Shown here: positions 10,166-23,300 of the stretch, piece by piece | Layout: each line of letters starts with the position of its first letter | Numbering within the stretch: the first letter of the stretch is position 1 | DNA from: Vitrella brassicaformis CCMP3155 | Lineage: Eukaryota; Protista; Chromerida | Assembly (NCBI GenBank): GCA_001179505.1 | Contig: CDMY01000123.1 | Location: 1 to 64,000, forward strand | Length of the DNA: 64,000 nucleotides | Reading direction: 5' to 3' | Program-made: the position numbers and the translations under genes | The notes under the pieces: generated by a model | Seen by the model: the letters and a program-made list of their open reading frames with translations, nothing else | What the model was told of the DNA's origin: nothing | Database searches by the model: none

Positions 10166-12794
10166 ATCTATCTGTCCACCCACCGAGCGATCGCGAGAGA
10201 GCTGACAAGATGGCTTTGGACGAGTCGTCCCTGCCCCCCTCCACCGCCCCCCGCAGCGCCCGGCCTTCCCCCCTGCCGTCGCCTTCGCGTGCCTCCCTGA
10301 CGATGCGCCTGAGTGTCCGGTCGGACAGCTCGTCTCCTGTCCGCCCCTGTATCGCCCTCGTCGCCTCACACAGATGCGTCAACAAGTGCTTCAACTCCCC
10401 GGCCCCACCACCACCACCGCCGCTCCTCATCTCACTGTCTGGCATCTTAGTCTCTCGCGCAGAGGCCGTTCTTCCGCCATGTCCATCTCTGTCCAGTGCC
10501 CCCCGCGTCATGATGGTCTCGCGATCGGTCTTTCTCTCCTGCTGCGTGATGTCAGGATGGATGCGGGGCTGCCGGGGCTTTGGCAGGGGCGGGAGGGGCG
10601 CCTTGGCGTCACTGAGGGTGTGGTCATTGGCCTCTGTGGGCAGCAGCAGAGTGACTGGCTCCATCGAAGGCGACGTCCGGCGGCGGGAGTGGTTCCACAG
10701 AGAGGGGGGGCTGCGGACGCCCCTGCCGTCATCGATGGGTGTCGATATGGCCCGCCGCTGAGACGCCGCGTTCACATCCCGAACCACCGCCGGGTGTGCG
10801 ACCGGTGCTCTCGTGACGGTCTGTCGAGGAGGCGCATTGATGGTCATGGCCCCGACTGCATCAGGTGGGCTGAGGTCCTTGCCCGGCGATGCGGCAAGAG
10901 ATGGGGAGTCCATCGCCTCCATCAATGCGTCCAGGCCAGGTGGTCGGGGGGACGGCTGGAGTCGCGCATTCTCGCCGCTGGTCGCAACGCATGCTGGCTT
11001 GGTGGGGATTGGGGACGCATGAGAGGTAAGGCCGGCAACAGAGGGGCTGGTGGGGCTGTACACCCACTCTGCTGGCGTCACCACTGCCGCATCCTTAGAC
11101 GACGTCCGCTCCGCAGCTGGCACCTCAGCCACGGTGTCACGATTGACCAGCCGCGCCCCCTCCATCGGCGTCTCGTGATTGTCCCCATCTCTGCGCTGCG
11201 TGTCCTCTCGGCCCTCCACAGCCCCACTGTCAGCGGGAGGCCCATCAGCTGGCGGCAATGAAGGACTCGGCAGCTGGGACAAGCCGGCAGGCCGATCCTC
11301 TGCGCCGTCAGGTGCCCGGTGTGGCTCCCCGGCCTCAGTCTGCTTCACTGGGGGGCCTTCGGGTGGCGGTGAGAAGGGGGGAGGGGAATCGGCGACACGT
11401 GACAGTTGCATCTCGGTGGCAGGGGCGGGCACGGTGGGGGCCTCATGGACGCGAGGGCTTTCGTACGGCGGTGGCGGCTCCAGAGCCCTGCCAGCTGCTG
11501 TCATCGTGTCGCCCCTGTTGCCCGGCTGCCGTGTGATCGCAGGGGGTGGTGAACGTGGCCCTTCCGGCGCTCCATCAGTCCGCCCCGTCTCCTTCTTCTT
11601 CGCCGACTGCCCTTTGGCCCCCTCCGTGCTGTCATCACCACCAGTGCAGCCGCTCACCCCCTTGTTCGGCAGGTCGACAAGCCGAGAACCATCCTTCCTC
11701 CCGTCCTTCTCAACAGCCTGGTCCATCTGCTGCCCTCCATCATCTCTCCCGACCGACACGTGCCCCGTCGGCTGATGGATGTGCACCACGACGCTGCTCC
11801 TGCCGTCAGATTGGCTCGAGAGGGGAGGGAGCGGTGGCTGCAAAGCTGGATGGGTGGGCAGTATTGGGGGTGGCAGTGGGGAGGGTGGTCTGGCCAGCAG
11901 GTCGGTGAGTATGTCGGTGTTGGTGCGAACGCCGGCCATCGATGGCGTCATGCGGCGGCTGGTGGATGGGGCGGGGAGGGGAGGAGGGGGCGGTTGTGGC
12001 TGTGGCGAGGGTGGCAAGGACGGCAAGTCGCCCTCGCTGTCCCCGTCTCCTCCCCCCTCACACACGGGGTCGCTGCACGAATCGCATTCCTTGACCTCGC
12101 CCTCGCCCTCGCCGTCCACATCCATGTCAGAGTCCAGGAGCTGCTGCCGCAGCTGCCTCATCACGCCCTTGACGCCACGCCCCTGCTCATCCCTAACGCC
12201 CTCACACATAAAGGCCGCCTGCAGCCGCTCGGCCTTCTCCTTGGTCTGCACACACGGCAGCTGCATCCTCACCGCTGAGTGAGCGTGGCGCGCCAGGGGG
12301 CATCTGTCGAGGCCGTCCAGCACCAGGGTGAGGCCGGTGCGGTAGGTCTCAATCACGTCACGCAGGTGCACTGGTGACATGCCGCTACTGCTGCTGCGAG
12401 CACGGCTGACGGGCCGCCTAAGAAAAGGCAACACACACGGCAACCGACACAGAATTTTAGTCACGAGCAGCGTCGTTCGTCATCTGCAGTCAATTGGTCT
12501 TTCTCACCTGTGTGATGGTGTGGCCACCGGATAAGGGCCAGAGGGGCGTGACGGCGGCCATGCTGCCGAGCACGATGACAGGTCAGGAGCCGTCCTGCAG
12601 TGCACCACAGCATCCATCCACACGCAATCCACGGCATGCAGAGTCCCTGCTTCTGGTGCATTCTGATGTATTTCTGACCTCTCGAAGTCCCTGATGTATT
12701 CTTCGAGTCTTGATGAGGCAGACAGGGGCGTCTCGAGGGGAGATACAAGCGGCTCGCCATAGGCAGGATGCATCGCGTCAGCAACTTCGACCAA
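9240..12794 (-). CDS. Low-complexity Pro/Ser-rich protein (gene B), paralog of gene A
   Basis: The 766-aa ORF 10164-12464 contains one copy of the gene A module (EPPPPYESP...SQLPSPSLPPADGPPADSG.VEG...DTVAEVPAAERTSSKDAAVVTPAEWVYSPTSPSV). It splices in phase 1 to ORF 9240-10163. Probable first exon at 12504-12794. Confidence 0.6.
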
Positions 12795-13046
12795 GACTTC
12801 GCCTCATTGCCGTCAATCAACCATCTCATGCACCTCAGCGGACCAACACACGCCGCCCGCTCGAAGCCCTTCCGCTTCTTGCTTCTGTACTCTCTCTCGT
12901 CAGTGGATCGCCAAACAAAAAAAGCTGAGCGTGCAGGCCTCTTTTCGCGCTAGAAGGGAGAGCATGACAGGAGTGTAGTCAATCAGTGAGTGCCAGCGAC
13001 AGCGACTTTCCGGTCAGTCGTCGTTCAAGACGGTCGGTTGTTGAGG

Positions 13047-14619
<1,573 letters not shown>

Positions 14620-16238
14620 CCGATCGATCGATCGGTCGGCTGCAGCTGTGTTGTGTTGCGTTGCGTTGCGTTGCGTTGTATGTATCCGGGTTATTGTGAT
14701 GGATGGATGGGTACGTGGTGGGTGGACGACCCCTTTGGCTGGCTGGCTGGCGGATTTAGACGGGCTTGGTTTAAGATACCATACACACGTACATGCACAC
14801 CATACCATGGCTGTGTGTGTGTGTGTATGTGTGTGGCGGGGGACGGGGGACGGGGAGGGTGTGGCTGTACGGCGTAGTGAAGCGGAGAAGAGAGCAGAGA
14901 GGGCCCGCACACATACACACATACACACACATTCATGATTCATTCTCCACGCATCGCTGCTAGTAAGATGCGTTTTTGTGTCTGTCTGACTGTCTGTCTG
15001 TCTGTCTAACTGACTGTCTGGCCAATGTCGGGGGTTGGTCGACCGCGATGTGCTGTTTTTTCCGACTCCCTTTTCCTTGGTTTCGCCTTCGTTTCCTTTC
15101 CTCTCTCCCTCTCTCTCTCTCTCGACCTTTGTCAATCCATCGGTGGGTGGGCTGGCTCGGGGTGGTGGTGTACAGCTGTCCTGTGGCCGTCTGTCTGTCT
15201 GTGTGTCTGTCTGTATGGTCGTGTTGTCATGCTCAATGCCTGTAGTCACATGCACACACGTCTGTCTGAGGAGGGACACACAGACACACACACACACTGC
15301 CATGAAGTCGCGTTTTATCGCCTACACACACGCATACACACGGGGGGATGTCCAATGGTCTGTTGTTGCAACTCTCTTGTGTCATGAGAATGGCATCGAT
15401 CTCCGTTGAGTACACTCGTACGACAGAGGTGCTGCTCCCTGTCGCCCGCAGTCAAGAGACGGCATGGCATCGAACACGGCCCCCCTCCACACGATACACA
15501 CGTGTACAGCTAGCTAGCTGCCCTGTTTTTCTTTCTCAATGCTGTCTTGTGTGTTGTCTCTGCCGTGCACGGCGGGAGTTGCAGTAGGGTCGAATCGGGC
15601 ACACACCGAGCTGACCTTTCTGCAACTCTTTGATTGCATGCTAGGCACAACACACTCTCTGGCGAGAGCCACAGAAAGACAGACAGACATCGATTGCCTT
15701 GCCTTTCGCTGCCTCAGCTGTGGGTCTGGTGGATGGATGGGTGCTAATTAACCGCCGCCTGTGCGTCTGGTGTGCCCCTTAGTGTTATTGCGCGTGACCG
15801 TGGTGGTGGTGGTGGTGATGTGTGTTGTGTTGTGTTGTGTTGTGTGGGTTATGATATGAAAAAATGATATCAATCAGTTTTGATGGATGGATGGATGGAT
15901 GGACGGGCGGACAGGGGACCAGGAGGGGCCCCACTCTCTCTCTCTCTCTGGCCGTGCTCCCTCCCTCTGTGTGGGTGACTGTGACTCAAGTGGCTCCCAC
16001 ATTGTAAATCAAATGACCCAGTTCATTGTTTGCTCGTGTCCGTTAGTTATTGTTTCCATCGATGGCATCTGCATGTGTCTGTGTCCCCCACTCACAGCGA
16101 CGGCAAGACCACAAAGCGAAAACTGGCAGTGACGGGGAGAGAGGCACGAGCCTTTGCCGGCTCCACAGAGCACCACAACCAGTCAGTCACACATACAAAA
16201 CAGCAGAACGGAACACTTAGTGAGGGTCCGAAGGTCGG

Positions 16239-19078
16239 TCAGATGTTGCTGGTCTTGAAGATGTTGAACCCGTCACTCGCCGTCGAGATGATGACACCTG
16301 GTCAACCACACACACACACACACGCACACAGATAGATACAATACGACAGAAGCCATGCCTGCCGGCCTGCCTGTAAGTGGCCCTACTTGTGATTTGTGGG
16401 TGGAACTTGACTTCTTTGATGTCCTTCTGGCCCTGCGCACACGCACACAGTACGGCAACCCTGTCTTGTGTATGTCTGCATGCATGTATGTGTGACCTGG
16501 TGGAGGAAGAGCAGCTGTGGCGGGTAGTATTCGGCGCCGTCGGGCAGCTTCTGGCCGGGCTCTGTGTCGTCCTCTACCGACATGTCCCATATCGACACCT
16601 ACTCCCACACCACACAAGACACATGACACATGACATGACACGCGTCTGATGGATGAGTGGCCTTTCCCTCTTTGTTGCTTACGGTGTTGTCAGCGGCCGA
16701 CACGACGAGGCAGGCCTGGTCGGTCGGGTGCCAATCCACCGACTGCACACACACACGCAACCAATCAACCAGTGTCCCCCTCCCTGGTGGGTGTGAGTGT
16801 GTGTGCGCTCTTACCGTGATGGGCTCCTTGTGCCAGTGGAAGTTGGCCATCGGACCAACGCTAATCGACACACACACGCACACACATCCGTCCCTGCGTC
16901 ATCCGGCCATCCATCCATCCATCCATCCACACACCGAGGGCCCACCTAGTGTTGCGAATGTCCCAGACCTTGAAGCAGCCATCGTCGGCACCGGTCAGCA
17001 GCAGCTCACCCACAGAGGGGTTCCACGACAGCACGTTGACGTCGCGAGGGTGGGCGTGGGGAATCTGCACGGCCGACTTCCTCTCCTCCGCCCGGGTGTC
17101 CCACACTCTGCAGCCGACGCATTGCTGCTCCCTCGTGTGTGCGCGTGTGTGGGTTTGTGTGTGTGTGTGCACCTGACAGAGCAGTCGGCCGATGCGCTGG
17201 CAAAGACGTCGCCGGCGCCGTCACCGCAGCGCTTCCACTGATATATATAGCAGGCACGCACACAAAAGGATGTCGTCCATGCATTCCATGGAGCCCCCCT
17301 GTGTGTGTATGTGCGTGCGGTCACCATGACGTCCTCGACAGACGACTTGTGTTCCTTGTAGGGTGTCTGCACTCATGAACAGAGAGACGTGTGCAGTAGG
17401 TCTCCTCCCTCCCTGCCTCCCTCCCTCCCTGCCTGCCTCTCTGTCTGTCTGTCTGTCTGTCTGTCTGTGTATGTCTGCCGACCTTCTGCACGTCCCATCC
17501 GCCCTCCACCGGCTCCCACAGGTATATCATGCGCTTGTTGTCGCCCGACAGAAACCTATGGGCACGCACACACACACACACACACACACGATGCTTCCTG
17601 ATGCCATGGTGAGCGGTTGGGTGTGTGTGCGTCCCGACCGTCCGGTTTTGTGTGGGTTGAAGTCCATGGCGTAGCCCTCGTCCGTGTGGCCAGAGAAGGT
17701 GAAGATCGGCGCCGTCTTCGCATTCAGAGGTGCCCCTGACCACACCAATTGACCGCAAGGGCATATATTCCAAAGACCGGCCGGCCACGTCACGTTGGCG
17801 ATTTGCTGGCTGTCTTGTGCTGTGCTCACCCGGTGTGTCGAGGCGGTCGATGAAGTCCTTCAGATTCCACATGTGCACCTAAGCGGACAGAGCAGAGCAG
17901 GCCAGGCAGGTGGGCATCCGGTCTCCCTCTGTGTTGTGTGTCATTTGCCCACTGACGGACCTTCTTGGTATCAGCCCAGGTGGCGACGAGTGCGGGGACT
18001 TGTTTCATGCTGCGGATGCGGTTGACGCCTCCCTGGTGGGACACCACACGGAAGTCGAGGGCCGCCTCCTCGTCGGTCGCCTCGTCGTCATCCTGCATGT
18101 AGATGCGCACACCACACACACACACACATAGGGCAGATGCATGTGTGTGTTGATGGCTTGGGCTAGCTAGTCTGTGCTCACGTCGACGTCGTCTTCTTCG
18201 TCCTCTTCGTCGTCGTCTTTGTTTGTGCGGTGGAGGCGGTGCCACTTCATCACAAAGATGCGGTTCCTGCCCCACCCACATGGGCAGACAATCAGACAGA
18301 CAAACAGACAGACAGACAGAAGGGCATCTACACACCACGAGTCCGACGGATGCTTGTGTCTGTCTGTCTGTGATGTGACGTGAACTGAATACTTGTCGGC
18401 TCTGTCGGCCTGCGTGCCGGCGACCACATACGCCGTGTGGGGGAACTTAGACCGATGCTGACACCACACACAGAAGAAGATGAAGAAGGGTGAAAGAGAG
18501 ATCCTTTGAGGTTTGTCGTGTGTGCGTGGGTGGGTGGGTGTTGCGCGCTGCCTGCATGGGCATGTGCCCAACCCCCCCACCATGCCGAGGGTGTCGGCAA
18601 GAATGTCGAACGAGAGGCAGGGCCAGTCGAGTCGGTTGCGGTGCAGCATGGCGTACGCAGTGCTGTCGTAATCCAACGCCTCACCTGCAATGCATGCCAT
18701 GGTACGACAGCATATGCAGCCCGTGTGTGTGTGTGTGTGTGTGCGGATCTACGCCACGCCTGTGTACCTTCATCGATGGCGTCCACCCCCGGCCGCCACA
18801 CCTTGACCAGCTGCTGACGACGCTTCTTCTCCTCGGCCTCTTCATCCTCGGCAACTTCCTCCTCCTCGTTGGTGTCCGCGGCACCCATCCGCTGACGATG
18901 GCCACACAAACACACAGGCATACCATGCACGACGAGGGGGAGCGGTGTTGGTGCGTCCAGTCACTTCGTTTTCCTCGTCATCGTCATCGTCATCGTCTTC
19001 GTCTTGTTTGGGGTTGTTGATGATCTCTTCCTCCTCGAACTCGTCCTCATGGTCATCCTCAAACTGCAAGCCACCCTG

Positions 19079-19109
<31 letters not shown>

Positions 19110-19438
19110 GATGCCCATCTCTCTCTCTCTCGTATCGCTTTGATGCATCCATCGCTCCCTCCCTCCCATTGCCCGTTAAGTACTGATGGTTTGGTGTGTT
19201 TCTCCGTCTTGTCGGCCTTCTGTGTGCTTGAGAGTTTGGCCGGCTGCTTGACGGTCTCTTCCTCATCGCCCTCCTCCATCTGCGAAGGGTCCGCTTTAGT
19301 TTCGGCGGCCGACGAGGCCTCGCGGCGCTTCTGAAAGCCATGCACCACATGCCATCACACAGGGCGATAGATACGATGGAGATCGTGATGAAATAAATGG
19401 ATTGATGGGAGGCTCACCTTGCCCTTGTTCTTCCCCAT
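16239..19438 (-). CDS. GRWD1: Glutamate-rich WD40 protein / ribosome assembly factor (GRWD1/Rrb1)
   Basis: MGKNKGK start; acidic N-terminus; KVWRPGVD; LDYDSTAYAMLHRNRLDWPCLSFDI; VAGTQA; HQGGVNRIR; FSGHTDEGYAMDF; HKSSVEDV; FASASADCSV; DVNVLSWN; C-terminal ISTASDGFNIFKTSNI*. Confidence 0.93.
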
Positions 19439-19554
19439 CCGCTCACGCGAGAAAGCACCGAGATCTGCCTACCGCAAGCTAAGCTCGCAGGCCGAGGAAG
19501 AGGGGAAGGAATCGTTTCGACCCGCTCTTTCTGCGGTGCATCATTCATTGATGC
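19439..19554. promoter_or_regulatory. Candidate bidirectional promoter, GRWD1/RecQ (116 bp between start codons)
   Basis: Divergent ATGs at 19438(-) and 19555(+); contains CTAAGCTCGCA at 19479-19489. Confidence 0.6.
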
Positions 19555-20317
19555 ATGATGGCCCATCATCGCCAGAAGCCAGGCCAGAAGAAGATTGAGA
19601 GCTACTTCGCCCTGCCTGGCCAGGCCCCGGCGAGGCCACCGCCCGCTGCAGCGGCAGCTGCTGGTGCTGCTGCCGCTGCAGTGAGGCGGCCGCAGCCCAA
19701 GAGCGACCCGCCGCCCTCCAATAGCGGGAACGACTGCGGCGCGTGTGGACAGAAGAAGGCCGAACCGACCTTCCCATGTGCTGGTAATTGATTTGATCTG
19801 CCGCCAATGAGATGAGATGAATCCGCCATTGAGATGAGATGAATACGTTCGTCGGGATGGATGGCTCTCTCTGCCCTTCTGTGTGCTCTTTGTCAGGTGG
19901 CTGCGGGAACTATCTGCACCGTTCCTGCTTCCCCAAAGGCCCCTCCCTCGTCTGCCCCTTCTGCGCCCAATCGCCCGGCCGCAACCCGCCCCGCAAACTG
20001 AATGACGTATCGCCCGTCGAAGCAGAGGACCGACCGCACTTACCGCCACAGCCCGACGAGGCCGATCAACCACTACCGGCGGCTATGCTACGGATGCAGA
20101 GCGATCCCGCCCAGCCGATTCCGGCGACTTTTATGTGGCGGCACGACACGCAGGTCGGCGGGGAATACTTCCAGCACCCCCACCACCACGAGCACCAGCA
20201 GCAGCCAGAGGAGGGGGAGAGGGAGGGGGAGGGGGAGGGGGATGAGCTGCTGGCTATCGCAGCCGCTGCCGATCCTGACAAAGGCAAACATGAGGTCGGC
20301 CTGCCTGGATGGGGAGA

Positions 20318-20348
<31 letters not shown>

Positions 20349-23300
20349 TATGAAGGCACATTTTCGTAGTACTGAATGCCTTTGTGTGGGTGGGGTCACT
20401 GGGGTGGGTGCGTTGTGGCCTGCATGATGCAGATTGTAGACATGGTTCGGGCGGTGAGGTGTCAGGGCAAGACGATGCTGCGAGCGCTGCTGCCGCTCAT
20501 CAACAGCGATGAGGCCGGGCCCATCTCTGACCCACATGCGGTAGCACAAGCCGCCAGACAGGCCATGTGAGCAGGGCGCAGCACACACAACACACTCTCC
20601 ATCACACAGACATATGGATGGCCATCTGTGGCTCTGTTTGTTGATGTATCCACCTAGTGCCGCGTTCGGCGAGCTTGGTCGGCCGGACGACCCCTCCCCT
20701 TCTCGTTTGTTTGAGCGTGCCCAGCGGCTCATCAAGACACCCCTCCGGCACAAGAACCCGCCACCCAAAGACACACGCGCCATCGGCTCACCACCCGCAG
20801 CAGCAGCAGCAGCTGCTGCTGCTGCGTGTCCCGCAGCGCCTTTTCTCGCGCCGGCAGTGGAGGACGATGGCATGAAGGTGCGGCCAGCTCATCAGCCGTG
20901 GGAGAATGACTGGGCCGACGTCGTGATAGATGAAGACCACGAAGATGTGCCAGCTGCGGCCGCTGCTGCTGCTGCAGCTGTTCCCCCACTACGGCAGGAG
21001 CCGATTGTGGTGGATCTTGATGAGTATGAGGATGACCCAATGGAAGAGGACGACGCGAAGCCCGCATCCTCATCTGCAGCAGCAGCAGCAGCCGCTGCTC
21101 CTGTTGGTGTGGGTGGGGCTGGGGGAGCGGAGCTGTTTGGTGACGACGACCCTGCGTTCGAGGATGACGAGATCGACCCATGTCTCTCCCAACCTTTTGA
21201 CCCATTCCCCTTTCCGTTCCCATTCCCAGCCCCCCACCAGCAGCAGCCACAGCAGGAGTCGGAGAGCTTCGACGACATAGAGATCTCTCAGGCCCCCGCC
21301 GCTGCAGCAGCTGCTGCAGCGGCGGTAGCGCCTCCCCCTCCCCCTCCCCCCCTCCCCGAGCCGGCAGCTGCCGACGACCCCGTGGCCCTTGCCGTGGAGG
21401 ATTTCGCGGCCCGTGTCAACAGCAGTGGTGCGGCGCGTCTGTATCGACCTGACCCGTCGCAGCAGCAGTGGTTCCGCGAGACGCATGCGTGGTCTCGCGA
21501 GCTGAGGAATCGCAACAGGGAGATCTTTGGGCACGACAGCTTCAGGGGGCCGCAGATGGGCGTCATCAAGTGAGACAAGGGATGAGACGGGAAGGGCCTC
21601 TAAGGGCGTGAGGGCTCGTGCCATATGTGTGTGTGTGTGTGTGTGTTTGTGCTATGGCGTGGTGGGGTGGGGTGGAATGTGTCAGTGCGGTGCTGTCCAA
21701 TCGGGATGCCTTCGTGGTGATGCCGACAGGGGGCGGGAAGTCTCTGTGCTTCCAGCTGCCGGCCGTGGTGGGTCGGGCCGGCCTGGTGGTCGTCATCTCG
21801 CCGCTGCGGGCCCTCATGGAGGACCAGGTCAAGGCAGTCAAGGAGAAGAACGTCTACGCAGAGAGCATCGACCAAAACACTACCAAGAGCAAGGTTGGTG
21901 CGCCACGTTCGCACTCGATGGGAGAAAAGATGCCCATTCCCTGGTGTGGTGTGTGTGGTGTGTTGTGTGTGGTCAGCATAGTGAGATATTGGGGGCGTTG
22001 CAGAGCCTGATAGACGAGGAGGACCCCGCCAACCCCGACAAGGAGCACATCTGTCTGCTGTACGTGACGCCCGAGAAGCTGGTCAAGTCGACGGCCGTGC
22101 AGCGCGTGCTGAAGGAGCTCTACGACGCCGGCAGCCTCAAACTGGTGTGTGTCGACGAGGTACGCCTTTCTGTCTTGCCTCTGTCTGTGTGTGCGTGGGG
22201 TGCATTGTCTTGCGTGTGTGTGTGTTGTTGCTGTGTATGTGTGCAGGCCCACTGTGTATGTCAGTGGGGGAGGGAGTTCAGGGACGACTATCGCAAGTTG
22301 GGGCTCATCAAGAAGATGGCCCCCAAGACGCCGATACTCGCACTCACCGCATCGGCCACGGACTCGGTACAATGTCATGCAGCCATCCATGGGATGGATG
22401 GATGGATGGATGAGGGGGTGGATGGGTGCAGGTGATTCGTGACGTCCGGAGCACTCTGCAGATGGCCGCCAGCACGGTGGTCTTCAAGCAGAGCATCGAT
22501 CGGCCCAACCTGTTCATAGAGGTCCGACACAAATACCACACGACACGCGATGTGTGGGGTGTCCGTCAGGTGCGTCCCAAGACGCCCACCTGTCTGCACC
22601 AGATGGCGCAGCTCATCCAGTCGTCGCCTGAACTGCAGGGCGGATCAGGGTAGGTTGGGTGCGCCCCGTCCACACCCACACCCACACAAACCGTCCGCGT
22701 GTGCAAATGGATTGATTATTTCTGTGTGTGTTCCTTTTTTTCAGAGTGGTGTATTGTCTGAGCCAGAAGGACTGTGAGGAGGTGGCCACCCGTCTGCGCG
22801 ACGCCTTCCACATCACCGCCGAGGCCTACCACGCCGGCATGACCGATCGCAACAGAAAGGATGTCGGTGTCGGCAGCAGAAACACACACACCACACAGCC
22901 CCCAGTATATATGTGTGTGTGTGTATATGTATTCAGATTCAGCGGCGATGGATGAGTGGCGACACGCAGGTCGTGGTGGCCACTGTAGGTATGTGAGCCG
23001 AGCCGGCCAAGCAAAGATGTTTTCGGGTATATGTGCCTGTGTCTACCTCGCTATGTGTGTCAGCTTTTGGTTTGGGCATCGACAAGGCCGACGTCCGCTT
23101 CGTCTTCCACTACAGCATTCCACCCACACTAGACCGGTGCAGACGCAGCCCAGCCGCCACACAGCACATCCCTCCCTCCCTCTCTATGTGTCCCTCCCTC
23201 TGCTGTCATGTCAGCTACTACCAGGAAATCGGTCGTGCCGGCCGCGACGGGCGTTTTTCGCGAGTGGTGTTGTGGTACAGCCAGCACGACCAGGGCCGGC

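Noticed and set aside
15230-15720. Possible small gene between the CDK and GRWD1
   Set aside because: Only short ORFs, with no recognisable motif or consistent splice phases.
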